The notes beneath the pieces are model-generated. The model had not been told where the DNA came from and did no database searches. It saw only the letters and a list, made by a program, of their open reading frames with translations. 64,000 nt of DNA from Mayamaea pseudoterrestris (taxonomy: Eukaryota): positions 186,001 to 250,000 of the forward strand of contig BROI01000016.1 in assembly GCA_027923505.1 (NCBI GenBank), read 5' to 3'. A program made the position numbers and the translations under genes. Positions 33,748 to 47,800 of the stretch are shown here, piece after piece (within the stretch, counting starts at the first letter, position 1; each line of letters opens with the position of its first letter).

Positions 33748-34062
33748 TGACGTCATTAACACTGGCATCCGTTTCGTACTATTGCCTTGAAGACGTAGTT
33801 GACACTGGCACTCGTTTCATACTATTGCCTGGATGACGTATTTGACACTGGCAGTCGTTTCATACTATTGCCTTATGACGTAATTGACACTGGCACTCGT
33901 TTCGTACTATTGCCTTTATGACGTCATTGACACTGGCACTCGTTTCACACTATTGCCTTTATGACGTCATTGACACTGGCACTCGTTTCACACTATTGCC
34001 TTTATGACGTCATTGACACTGGCACTCGTTTCACGTTAAAGCCTTATGACGTAAATGACACT
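33748..34062. repeat. Minisatellite, 42-43-bp unit, seven copies plus a partial one, carrying TGACGT motifs
   Basis: Consensus TGACGTCATTGACACTGGCACTCGTTTCAYACTATTGCCTTTA. Units start at 33748, 33791, 33834, 33876, 33919, 33962, 34005 and 34047. Confidence 0.93.
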
Positions 34063-34318
34063 TTCACTTGCTTCGTCCCGTTCGTCCGTCCACCCATCCG
34101 CTTTCACGCGATGACGCGCGCCACCATGGCCCAAAACTGCCGCTCGCTCGCTGCCTGCAACAGGATCCATTATAGTAGTGATTACTCTACTGTCCTACTA
34201 CACTTGCCTCTCTCTCTCTGCATCTCGCGCTTAACTTTACAATAGCAAGTGTTCTCGTTGCTGCTGCTAATAATTTTGTTAGCGACGGACGTACGCAGCA
34301 AATCAAAGCAACTCTAAT

Positions 34319-37300
34319 ATGCAAGAAAACAATGGCAATCCACACCATGACGACGACGACGACGCCGCCGCCAAGGCCTTGACCATTGTGGATCGCTTCC
34401 TTTCCGCTTCCAGTGGACCCGACGCGCAACTAGCGCTGGAGCAGCTAGTGGAAGGATTGGAGCAAGGACGAATTTTGCTGTGGAACGTACTGCAGCTGCA
34501 ACCGAGCAAATCCATTAGCAAGAGCAATTCCAGCAGCACCTTGACAGCCGACTCGATACTACTGCTGGAAAAGCTTTTGCAAGTACTAACGACTGCAACC
34601 TTTGACAATTTTCACTTGGATGAAGGACCATCGCTTGTCGCTCGCTTTTACACCATTGCGCTTGATAGCAAGTATGCTACTAGAAGCAACAGCAATAGCA
34701 ACATCAGCTTGGCGGAACTGCAGAAACTGCTACTGACGGAACCAAACGAGCAACTCGTCAGTGCCCTCGTCCAAGTTTCCGTGGACGCCACCAAGTCGGA
34801 CTATGCGCGCGTCTTGTGTCTGCAGCTGCTGCACTCACTGTCAGAGTCCAAATCCACCAAACGCACCATGACAAACCTATTGATTGGATCGGAAGCAACC
34901 TTGCTGGCGCAGCTACTATGTGGAAATGTTAATGATGATGATGCAAGTAATAACGCAAGTACTACTAGCATGGCCGTCTATCAGGAAGCCATGCGACTCG
35001 CGCTGCTGCTGAGCACGTGGCCCGCCGTGGCCAAGAATTGGATATTCATGAACGTTGTCGACCAAGTGTTGCTGTTTCAATTGTCCCTGCAAGACGACGA
35101 AGATAGTCACATGCACTTGACGAATGGACCGTCGGCACTGGGCGACTGGTTGCAGCTCATTCAAAACTTGCTGGAGGCGTGCGATGCCAACCTGGTGCCG
35201 CTGCTCGTCTTGGAGAGTCCCGTCTTGCCGGCCAAGCTGACGGAGCTCTTGGATTTGCGCATGGGACAAAGGTTTCGCTTTCCGAACAGTCGTTTCGATG
35301 AAGGAGGTGCCAGTAGTACCGTGTCGAAGCGAGTCGCGGCGGCGAGCGATAGTAGTAAAGTCGACGACGACCTGGACAATCTACTGCAGGCAGGTTCCAA
35401 GGCGACCAAATCAACGTCCGTCAAAACTTTATCCATGTCGAAGCCGCAAATTGATGCGCAGCAATCCGCAGGCAAAGATACCACCTTGGCGGTGCCATAC
35501 TTGACGGTTGCGGAAGAGTCCATTGTCCAAGCCGTATTGAACATTATTGCCACCATGCTGGAACACGAAACGATTCGGCAAGCCCTGCTCGCAAGTAACA
35601 GCAGCAGCAATAAGAACAAGTACGAAACATTGGTCAACTTCCTTTGGTTGCTGGGGCTATTCATTCGGCCGTCGCCAGTGTCAAGTGATGATAACACTGC
35701 AGATGTATATACTTGCGCGGTTCCGTCACTGGCGCTCCAGCAGCAGGCACTGCAAGTATTGGCAAAATATTTTTGCGTTCCAAATACGAATCAAGACGAC
35801 GCGGCGAGTCACGCGCAGCGTTTGGATCGCATTCTGTACTTGGTTTGCACGGGTGGATCGGCGGGAGAGGATAGTGGCGCGCAGCAACATTTTCGCGAGC
35901 AACTTGGATTATCGCAGTCGGCTCTGCACTGCTTTCGCAAGTCACTGAGCGCAGAGCAATGCAACGAATTGCTTTTGTATAGCTTGGCACCACCGCCGCT
36001 TCCACTGGATGATGATAATAATAATGAAGCGGATGACATGCAAATTGAGTCGACGCAAGCGGTGCAAACCTCCATTGTGGCGCGGCTGCTAAATACCGTT
36101 TTCGAGCAGCTACTAATTGTCATGGAAGCAGCAAATACAACGCCGTCACTGTCGGAGGCGACTCCAAGTATTTCCAGCCGCTGCCAAGTGCTACTTTCCG
36201 GTGCAACGGGTGCGCTCATGGTGCTATTGACGAACGAAGCGAGTCGAACCATGCTCCTGCGACTCACGCAGGAGCCGAGCCTTATGGATCAAATACTCGA
36301 AGGCTTGACAATGCTTGGAGGCATTAAAACGAACGATGAAACGAGTTCTGAGTGTGGAGTCGAGTTTTGTCTAATCGTTTTGCTGCGCTTCTTGGCACAC
36401 TGGGTGTTTGGATCGCCAGAAGTTGTTCATAAGCTCTTGCAGTCGCCTTCGAGCAGCCTTGCCGTATCCACCTTGATTTCTTCGCGACGCACCAACGTGT
36501 CAACACTGACGACCTTGTTGCTCGGCTTGATATTGAATGACATGGTGCGAATACAGAATAGTGGTGATGGTGAATTTCCAAGTGGAGTTCGATCTGGCGT
36601 GGAAAGTAAAAGTATTGACGAATCGCAATGTGGTGGCTGGACGCGAGCTTCCGTGATGGAACTGTTGACGGCACAGGGCATTTCACGAGTAACGGGTCGA
36701 CTCGAACATTTCAAAACAATTAATGAAGTGTTGCCATGGTCGCTGTGTGCGTTGGAATGGCACGTTTGGAAGGATTGGTATACAGATGCTGTGTTGGTCG
36801 TGAGAAAACGAGTGATACACGAGCTGACGGCCGGGTCTAGCGATGCGAGTGGAGTAGTAGGAGACGGTCGGGACGATGTGGACGACGCTACAACATGTGG
36901 AGACTCCAAGTCACTGCAAGGGCTGGTATCGCAACAAGCTCGAGATATGGATTTACTGCAGCAGCAATTGTCGGAGATACGGAACACAGTTGCATTCCAA
37001 GGTACGTTAATGGAGTCAGAATCAAGGTTGGGCGGACATGCGCACCGTATAATGCATTTAACACTCATTGTCTGTCACTTTGATGACAGACCAACAAATG
37101 ATCGAATGGAAAAAGCGATTGGATAGCAATCCGACTCAGCTTGATGAAATGCTTAATGACTACTCGACCAAAATTTCCGACCTCGAGCGAAAGAATGCCA
37201 ATCTGGAAGAGGACCTGCGTCGGCGGGACGTGACGATTGAGACTGTCCAAAAGCAGTTGATAGATTCGCAACTTCGATGCGACGAATCGCGACAAGAGAC

Positions 37301-40300
37301 CGAGAGTCTGCGAGATGAACTGACGGCTCTCAGCCACGCGTACTCGAATCTTGAATCCGAGTATCAGCAGCAAATGTCTCGGCCTATTGGCCCCGCTGCG
37401 GCGACAGCGGCAGGGTCAATGAGCGGTGAACAAGACGACGCGCCGCGACAGCAAGCTCAAGGCGAAGTATCTCAACAATCTCCGTCTTCCGCCGCGTCAC
37501 CGTCGACCGAAGTGGCCATGCTTCGAGCCGACAATGCGCGCCTACGACAAGATGCCCAAGCCGCCGATGAATGGATGGCCATGGCAGTTGAACGGATGAA
37601 TGAGATGGGCAGCCAGAATGCAGGCCTCGCCCAGCAAGTCGAAAACTTGCAGGATCAACTAGACAGTGCAAATACTACGGAGGATGTTGCATTTCGAGAG
37701 GAAATGCAGACACTTTTGGACGGCGAGCGAGGCTTGAAACTAGAACTGGAAAAGAAATACCTTGAGCAAATTGCCGCGCTTGGAAAATCCCTGCAAAAGG
37801 AGCAGACTATACGCCAAGAGTTGGAAGTTGTTGCCTTAAATGCAGAACAACTGTCGGGTCAGCTTGAAGCTGAGCGGTTACACGCCAAAGAGTTGCAACA
37901 GCAGCTCGAACTCATTCAGCAGGCGCAGCATGGCGTCAACAGTGAGTACATTGACCAGTCAAATTTGGTAGAGCAGCTTCAGAAAGAGCTGCAAGATGCG
38001 CGTTGTGAGATTTCACGTTTGCTGGAAGTCAGACAACTGTCGACAGATGAAGGCGAATCGTCCGTCGCCAGAGATTCTCTTGCTGATAACTTGGAACGCG
38101 TGAAGAAGGAGTTTGCAGTAGCCGGTGCTCGCGATCAGGAAGAGCTGTATAAATGTGAGGCACGAATACGAGAGTTAGAGGCGAGACTTGATGGTGGCCT
38201 TGGAAAGTATACGATGGATGACATCCGCCAACGTGACCATGACATTGCCGAACTTCAAAAGGCTAACAATGAAGCACAAGAGTGGATGGCGAATGCCGTC
38301 GAGCAGCACCAGCTTCTGACGAACCAAGTCAATTCGTTAGCACAGAAAAACAATTCCCTTAATGCACGAATACACGAACTTTCAGTACGAAATACCGACG
38401 CCACTGCTTCGTCGAGCGACGAGTATGTTGCCAAAGAATTGAAGCTCAAATTAGATGCATTACGCCAAGACATTGCTTCAAAGGAGGAAACAATTGAACA
38501 GCTGCGTGTTGGGCTAGAAGTATCGGCGAACGCTGAGAAGGAGCGACTGGCGCAATTTGAAGATCAAGTCGAATGTTTGCAACAGAAATTGAAGGAACAA
38601 GAGAAGGCAGCGATTGACGTTATCAAGCAATGGAGCGAAAGCTACGCCGCTATCGAAGCGGAGAGAAATGCTCTGCTGTCTCGCCTACCATCGGACTCTG
38701 ACAGCGCAGTGGAACTTGAGAAGAGGTTAAAGTCGTTGGAGCAACAGAGGCTGGAGGAAGAGCAGGCGGCGATTGTCGCAGTCAAGGGGTGGGAGGAGAG
38801 CTACCGCGCTTTGGAAGCAAGCAATAACGAGCTGCTAGTGCGCTTGGAATTCTTGGAGAGGGAAAATGAGAGCAGTAAGAATGTAATTACATCGGTTGAA
38901 ACGGCGGACTCTCGTCGATGCAGCCAGCTGGACGCCGACATTTCGGATTTGAGACTGCAGCTTGCCAACCAAGAAAAGGCTGCGATGGAGACTATTGCAG
39001 GCTGGCAGGAAAGCTATACAGCGCTCGAGGCAGACCGGAATGAAGTAGTCGGCCAACTCGAAGCACTCAAGCACGAGAAAGAAGACTCACTAAAAATAAA
39101 TTCTTTCGATGAGACGCGCGTAAACGAAATAACGGAACGACTTAAAGAGCAAAGCGATGAGGCACAGGAGGCTATCGCCGGCTGGCAGGAACGATATAGC
39201 GAGCTTAAAGCTGCTAATAATGAGCTGCAGTCTCAGCTGGATACTCTGACCGAAAATCACCGTAAAGTTGCGGATGTAAAACGCGATTGCGCTGAAGCGC
39301 GGGACGCTCTTTCTGAAGCGAGATTAAGCGCAGCGAGGGAATTAGATGAGGTTCATGCAAAGTTGATAGAGACTCAAGAGACAAATGCTGATTTAGTTTG
39401 TGAGTTAACGGAAGGCAAAGCGACGATTTCACGCCTCCAGACTGATTTAAGCGATCTACGCAAAGGTTTAGCAGAGAAGGAGGTCTTACTAGCTGAGCTC
39501 ACTATCGAGCGAAATGAGTTACAAGAGCGCTTGGAAGCCGTGAGAATAGCTACTGATGAAAAGTCAGCTGTCGCGGTGGTTGATGAAAGCACAGTGGATT
39601 TGGACCACCTTCGCGAGCGCATGGAGCGCCTGGAGAAGGACAAGCTTGGATTGGAGAGCGAATTGGCGATGGCTAGCGATGTGGTCTCGCAATGGGAAGC
39701 TAGTTACATTGCTATGGAAAACGAGAAGAACGAATTTGAATCTCGACTTGACGCCATTTCGTCAGCGAAGTCGCTCGCCATTCAATCCGAAGACGAAGGT
39801 GAGACGAGCGCTATGGAGATTGCGGACCTTAAATCGAAGATTGCGTATCTAGAACAGCAACACGCGCAAGAGGAAAGTGACGCCCAAGCAACAGTAAACG
39901 AGTGGCAAGAAGCTCATCAAGATCTTGAGTCAAGGCAAGATGTACTACAAACACGCCTTGATACAGTAACGGTCGAATTATCACTTCTGCACGAGAAGCA
40001 CGCGACTACAGATGCCGAGCTTGTTGAAGTTCGAGCAGCGTTACAAGTAGCGCTCATAGATAAGGCTGGTTTGGAAAGTCTGATATCTAAACGTAACGCT
40101 ATGCTCGAGGCACTAGAAGATGAACGCAACAATCTTTTGGCGCGTCTGAGTGCTCTGACCTTGAGTTCAGGTGCAACTGGACAAGAGAATGGTGATGATT
40201 GGAAAAAAGGACATATTCAAAATCGTGAAGAGGAACTGGAGAGTGAGTTAGCGATTGCTACTGACGCCGTTGCCCAATGGGAATCCAGCTACAATGTGGT

Positions 40301-43300
40301 TGAGGCAGATAGGTCTGATCTGGAAGCTCGTCTAGCAGCTGTTACAGCAGCCGACAGCAAACTGCTAAATGTTGATGGCATCTTGGCACACGAAGATAGT
40401 GCACAAATCGTTACAAAGTTAGAAGCGAGAGCGAAAGAGCTGGAAGATGAGCTGGCGAGAGAAACTGGCGACGCTCAGACAGCCATAGCCGAGTGGCAGG
40501 AGGGTTACAATGCGCTTGAGTTGGAGAAGAATAATTTACAGTCACGATTCGATGATGCCAAAGCGGAACTCGAGCGAGTTATTCAATCTCGCGACGGAGT
40601 GCATAGTCGGATGGACAAGCTACTGGAGGACGTCGCTGGCACTTCTCACGCGAACAATGATGGGTTGTGTTTGGATGACCTTCGTGGACGTTTGCAGGAG
40701 CTAGCTGAGAAAAATCGTCAGCTTGAAAGTGAATTGGCGACTGCTACAGATGTTGTCTCCCAGTGGGAAGCAAGTTACACGTCAATGGAGACCGAAAAGG
40801 CAGAGCTAGAGTCTCGCTTAGAATTATACGAAGGTATGAAGGACAAGACGTCGCAGCCATTGGATGAGAGGCATGAAGCTTCCATAGCGGAATTAAACGC
40901 GAGAATAACTGTGCTTGAATCTGACAAAGTTGACTTGCAGGTCAAGTTGACCGATGTGGACGATCAAATCAACCATGTCCGCGTCAGCTTGAGCGTCGCC
41001 GAAAAGCAAAATGAGGAACTTGTCGACTTAACAGCCGAGAAGGAGAGCAAAATAAAAATTCTTGAGTCAAAGTTGAGTGAGGTCAATAAAAGCCTTACTG
41101 ACAAGGACAAAATTGTGGTGCAGCTCCAAACAGACAACGATCATTTGCAGACACGTCTGAGTGCGCTTATTTACGAAATTAAGGAAGCAACTGCAAACAA
41201 TGATGTTAGTTCCGAGATTGAGGATCTTCAGCGGCAGATCAAGCGACTGGAAATAGAGAAAGTTGCAATATCCGACGATCTGGCCGTTGCAGGTGATGTT
41301 GTTTCGCAGTGGGCAACAAGCTTCAACGATCTGGAAGCGGAAAAGAATGAACTTAAAGCTCGTATTCATGACTTTCAAGCGTTGAAGGATGCAGCAGCAG
41401 GAGAGTTGGAAAATGAGGCTGAAACAGCTATAACGCAATGGGAGAACCTTTGTAGCGAGCTTGAAACGGAAAAAAGCGACCTTCAAGCGCGATTGAACAC
41501 GATGGACAATGAATCTCAAGCGGCTCGACGTCGCTTACTTGAGCTTGAAAACAAATACGAAATCATCAACGCAGAGCTCCAAGAAGCCAGAAGCCAGAAT
41601 GATGCAATGCGAACCCAGCAAGCCAGGCTCGCTGAAACTGAGTCCTTGCTATCCGAAGCTACTACCATTGCACGACAGCGAGATAGTGAAAATAAAACTC
41701 TGATTGACGCACTGAGCGCGAAATGTGGCGAATACGACGTGGTGTCCTTAAAACTGGATGAATCTGAGGAAGTAGTAGGGTCATTGCGAGTGGAAGTAGC
41801 GTCTCTGAAAACAACTGTAGACGACAAGGAAGCTGCCGTTTTAGTAGCTCAGAAGCATATTCAAGAGCTTCAAAATGACCATCACGTTGTGTACGACGCG
41901 TTGCAGCAATCACGCAAATCATACGACGAACTTGCCGCTCGATTGGAAGCATCTGAAGCTGCGGCCACATCAATGCACGAAGAAGTAAGTCGCCTACGAA
42001 CCTGCGCAGACGACGCGGCGGCCAACCTGGAGTTAAAGAAGCGAATTCAAGAATTGGAAAACGATCATTATGTAGTGCACGCTGAATTGCAAAATTCAAG
42101 GCGATCATGCGACGAGCTTGCTGCTCGTTTGCAAGCATCCGAAAGTGCTGCCGCTTCGCTGCGCGAAGAAGTCGGTCGCCTTCGAAATAACCAAAAGCGA
42201 ATTAAAGAACTGGAAAATGATCATCACGTGGTATACCATGAGTTGCAGCATTCTCGAAACTTATGTGATGAGGTCACCGCTCGTCTGCACGCGTCCGAGA
42301 GTGTTGCTAGTATGCTGCGAGCTGAGAATGATCGTCTTCAAACAAGTGTGAAAGATCAAGCTGCCAAAACAGAGCGCATTCAAGAGCTTCAGAATGATCA
42401 TCGCGTCGTGCACAGTCAGTTGCAGGAGGCTCGAAGAACCTGCGATGAGTTTGCCGCTCGCCTTGAAGCTTTTAACAGCATTGCAGAAAAGATGGGTGAC
42501 GAAAATGATCGACTCCGAGAGATTCATAACGGAAACGATGCCGAAACGGAGGAATTGTATAAGTTACGAGACGAACTCGCCAAGTCAAAGGAGATCATTG
42601 ACAGGCTCGATAGTGACAATAGAAAATTATGCGTTGAATTTGAAACCTTCAAACTGGAGGCCGAATCAACAATTGCGCAATGGAAAGGTAGGTGGCATGT
42701 TGTTCACCTGTATGGAAACAATTGCTAGAGCAGCCACTCACATTTTTGATTTTCATTTATCAGCGACATTGGAGGAGGCGCAAGTCGAACTTGCCTCTAC
42801 TTCCAACAATGCCGAATTAGCTATTGATCAGTGGGAGTCTCGTTGCCGGGAATTGGATACGCGTATCTTCGAGTTGACATCACAGCTGGAATTGTTGCAA
42901 GCCACAGCAAGCACAGCATCCTCGACAGCTGCACTTGACTCGGAGATTGAGCGACTCAGGAACGACAATGCGAATCTGCTCACCGAACAACAACGTCTGG
43001 TCGGGCTTATTCACGAGCGCGAGAATGATGTCAAGGAAGCAACGGCTGCAGTCGAATTTCAAATCACCAACAGCGTTTCGGAAAGAGCTACGGCACTGGC
43101 ATCAGAGGCACTTCGAAAACATGTGGACGAGCTGCGATCTAGTTTGCAGGTGACTCAGCAGGAGTATCTTGACGCACACGATGCTCGCCTTGCCGCCGAG
43201 GATGAGGCCGAGCTTCTTCGCGAGGATTTGGCTGCCTTGCTCGGAATGAAAAATACTCCCGAAACGCAAGGTGAAGTCCGAAGACAAGCTTTAAATTTGA

Positions 43301-44595
43301 AGGTGGAGTTTCGACGAAAGGAGCGAATGGAGCTAATCGAATTAAAAGACTCCCTCGCCAATGCACTGGATCGTCTTGAAGCATCACACGAAGAGCAGCT
43401 TGCTGCCGAGGAGCGTATTTCCAAAACTAGCCTCCAGGCGACAATTTACGAGCAGGAACTCGTGTCAACAAAGGGCGATTTGAACATGTTGGTGGAAACG
43501 TTGGACGAAATGCGGCAGGCTGAGTCGACGCAGCGAGAAGCCATGGAGTACCGCATCAGTGAACTGCGGAACGAGTATCAGGTTTTGCAAAAGCAAAAAC
43601 TTTTACAGGTTGGCGCGCTGCAAAATGAGCTGTCTCAAATCACAATGGAGCGTGACCGGTTGATGAAGGCACTGAAGGAGAGTGAGCGTCACAAGGATTC
43701 TTTCTTCCAGTCCACCATTGGACGCGAGTCAATGGCAAGTGGCTCACCGACAAGCTTGCAAACAGAACTCGCCAAGCTGCGTTTAGAAAAGGCACACTTG
43801 CTGAATTCATTGTCCGAGGAAGCTGCCAACGTGGAGCGTCGGGTTCGCGACGCTCGAGCCGTGTCAAAATCAGTGGCCGAGGCAGAAGTGATTATCGAAC
43901 GAGAGATGCGGATGTCGGCGGAAAAGGCACTTGATGAGCTCCGCAGCGAAATGATTGCGTCAAGACATGCCAACGGTGACGATGCGAATCACCATGCACG
44001 AGACATTGACTTTGAGCACATGGAAGCTTTGCGCCAGGAAATCCAAGCGTTGCACGAGCAAAACATGTCGCTCGCCCAAGACATTACTCGTCTCGAGGAC
44101 CAACTGCATTCCAGCCAGGAGTCTGCCCGCAATGAAAAACGCAAACTAACCGAGGAGCTCAAGACAGCCATGACGCGCAACGTGCAGTTGGAGCGTGAGG
44201 GCCGACGCGAGGCTGAATTTTGCAGCGAATTGGCTCGGCTTGGCCAGCACGAGAATGTCAACAAGCGACGAGCCGACAATCCTGCGTCTGACGACGAGAA
44301 TGAAAATGACAACCAAGACGTCAAGCGCGATGAAGCTTTGCGTCAAATCAAGCAATACTATGACGAAACGCAGCGATTGAATGAACGTCTGGCGCACGAC
44401 CGAGCAGTCTATTTGGAGTTGCTGTCTCAGCACGACGACTTGCTGGCAGTTTTAGCTCAAGAGAATGCCATGCGCAAGTGTATTGAAGCGGCGCTGGAAA
44501 AGGTGGGAGGCAAGCCTGCCTTGGAACAGGCATTGATGGAAGCATCGAGCGGGTCGATGGCCGAGCATGGCGAAAAGAAGGAGTCGGAGAGTTGA
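34319..44595 (+). CDS. Uso1/p115-like vesicle tether with a very long coiled coil (~3370 aa; introns 37002-37089 and 42688-42763)
   Basis: Both GT-AG introns keep the frame across the three long ORFs. Head motifs YARVLCLQLL and LLRFLAHWVFGSPEVVHKLL...LTTLLLGLIL, and C-terminal QHDDLLAVLAQE, resemble the Uso1_p115 head and C domains. Confidence 0.72.
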
Positions 44596-44869
44596 TAAAC
44601 CACATATATATATATATTTAAATGCATGTAAGATAACTACGCACTGCTTGTATATTATATGCATATTGTTTGACGAGCGTTGCCTTGCCCAGGACGATGG
44701 ATTAGAGGCAGCGAAACGATAGCTGAAATCGCTGAACCGCTACGATTCTTCTTTTCATGCACGCTTCTTGCGTCGAAAACCAACCAAATCGACCATGACA
44801 TAACCGGCACCTCGGATCCATCATCGCCGTCGTCGCTACTACAATCACTATTACTTTGCTACTACTACA

Positions 44870-47800
44870 ATGGGAGTCCCTAAATTCTACCGCTGGCTGT
44901 CGGAGCGTTATCCGAAGATCATGCAGCGGCGCGGCGTTCGTCCCGACGTTGATCGCGCCATGGAGCACTTGGGACGCACCGCCGTTTGGATGCCGCAGCC
45001 GCAAGGAGACCTTGATACTGCTGCGGAAGGAACTGATAAAAAATTGTCCATCGAATCACTCAACTTGAAGCAATCAAGTCTTCCGTTACCCGATCCTCTC
45101 TCCGAGTCTGGACTCTTTCCAGAGATTGATCGCTTATACATTGACATGAACGGAATCATTCACGGCTGCTCCCACAGTAACCAAACGGACACTGAAGGAA
45201 CGTCAAACGTTTCCATGCAAGAAATTTGCAGCAACGTTTGCTACTACTTGGATCGCGTCGTGAAAGAAGTTGCCAAGCCAAACGAACTAGTGTACATGGC
45301 CATTGACGGAGTGGCGCCAAGGGCAAAGTTGAATCAGCAGCGAGCGAGACGCTATCGATCCGGGAAGGAGGGAGAAATCGAACGGACTGTCTATGATGCT
45401 CATGTACAAGCCATGGAGAAGGAAAAGCTAGCGTCGCTGGAAGAGCAGAGTCTAGGGGTGGAGCAGGAGGAGCTGAGGCATGCTGCGAGTCGAATGCAGT
45501 CAGTGGATGACTACGAGACGCTCCTTGATCATGAAAGCATCGCAAACAGTCAGCAGCAGCAGGAGCATGAACAATCATCATTTACTTCATCCAATCCAGT
45601 CAAGGAACTCCAGGATGGTAGATTCACTGGAAAGTTTGAAACGCAGGCGCCGGCAGAAATTGAAAACGATGACGTGCTCGACGAATCAGCAACGGACTCT
45701 TCCACTGCCACTACCACCAACAAGTTTCACTCCAACGCCATTACACCAGGCACGCCCTTTTTCCAGGAGTGCACGGAACGCATACTGGAATTCATTCAAG
45801 ACCGCATCAAGCACGATGACGACTGGAGCAAACTTCAGGTAATATTCTCCGGTCCAAACGTTCCAGGCGAAGGCGAACACAAAATTATGCAGTTTATACG
45901 CGAGCAGCGCTCTCTGCCAGACTACAATCCCAATTTACGCCACTGCATCATGGGACAGGATGGTGACTTGATCATGCTTGGCTTGGCGACGCATGAACCA
46001 AACTTGATGCTGCTGCGCGAGCAAGTGCTGTTTGACAAGCGAGCCGTTGATCGAGACGACATGGCTGGAGAGATTCCGTCACTTGACTTTTACCTTTTTA
46101 ATGCCAACTTTGAGTTGCTTCACATGAATGTATTGCGCGACTACCTGGCGTATGAACTGGAAACAATACTACCCGACAATCCATTTTGCTTGGAGCGATC
46201 CATTGATGACTTTGTATTTTTGACGTTTTTGGTTGGAAACGACTTTTTGCCGCACATGCCGGCGCTTGACATTGCCGACGAGGCATTCGATTTGTTGTTT
46301 TATACATATCGTGCCTTGCGCAAGCAGTGGGTCAAGCAGTCGCCAAAAAATCCATACTTGACGAATACTGGTAACATTGTTTCGGGCAAGCGACTGGAAG
46401 GCTTTTTGGCGGCGATTGGTGCGCACGAAGGCAAGTACTATGACTATAAGGATAGTGTCGTCGACTTGGATGTGCGGCGGGCGCGCGAAATCAAGTATGG
46501 GCGGCCGCAAACGCCAAGCGATGCAGTGCTTGAGCGCAAGGAGGAGTCGGACCGAATGCGGTATCGCGCCATGGTCGAGTCGGCTGCTACCGGAAATGCG
46601 AGTTTGCATTCCGACTTTACGCCAGTCCTTTCGGCGGCAACACTCAGCAAGGACGACAAGGAGCATGAGCGACAAGTGGAGCAACTTCACAAACTTTTGC
46701 AACTATCCGTTTCCGATACAAAGAGCATTGCCAATGTGATTGATGACACGGACTTGAAGGGAAGATACTACGCCGACAAATTTGACTTTTCACCGTTTGA
46801 CGCCGACAAGCACATTGCTTTGCGAAAGGCATATATGGAGGGACTTGTATGGAATTTGAAGTATTATTACGAAGGCTGCGTCTCCTGGGAATGGTATTAT
46901 CCGTATCACTACGGACCCTTCATGAGTGACTTGGTCGGTTTGGACGATTTGCTCGCGGAAATCACGTTTGAGGGTAAACTGGGAGCTCCTTTGAAACCGT
47001 TTGAGCAGTTACTTGCTTGTCTGCCGCCTTCGCACGCTCACTTGCTACCAAAGCCGTATCGTCGACTAATGAGAAACAAAACGTCGCCGATTGCCGATTT
47101 TTACCCGCCATCGTTCGTGATTGACATGAATGGAAAGCGATTGCCATGGGAAGCAGTCGTCTTGCTACCATTCATCGACTCGAACCGTCTCATTAATGCG
47201 GCCAGTGCCGTCGAGGAAAATACACTGACGGACGAGGAACGCCAGCGCAATTCACTTGTTGATACCATAGTCATGTCGAGTTCCGTCACTGACGGTGGAG
47301 ATGAAAGACACTTGTCAATTGTTCCGTTTGCCACCAGCCAATGGAAGTTTAAGAAGCGAAAGAAAGCGCCAGTCTTGCATCCAAAGGTGCTTCCAGGGAC
47401 AGAAACACCACTTCCTGGCTTACCCACCCTCCGGGACGGCTCTATAACGGGTTTGTGGCGCAAATACATCCCACTGAATGTGCATGGGGGTCGGAGTCGC
47501 TATAAGATCGCTTGCTTGGAAATGCAGAATGCTATACCAGAGATTATACCGCTCGACGCAATTGCGCGACAGTTCATTGGTACAGCCGTGGTGATCAACT
47601 ATCCACACTTTATTGAAGGTTTGGTCACGGCAGTGTCGGATTCATCGGGATTTATCCGAGGAACTGAGCATCGGCTCGTATCTTGGACGGCGCAGGAGCT
47701 TGCGGATCGGAAGAATCGTGCCAGAGAAGTCGTAGCGTCGTATGTGGTTGGAGAGAAGCTTGTGGGCACTGGTGGTTTGGCGCTTGCAGCGGGGCGGACA

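Noticed and set aside
33748..34062. Mini-CRISPR
   Set aside because: Head-to-tail repeats with no spacers.
34319..44595. Three separate genes (935, 1886 and 733 aa ORFs)
   Set aside because: Two canonical short introns join them in frame, and p115-like head and tail motifs sit at the two extremes.
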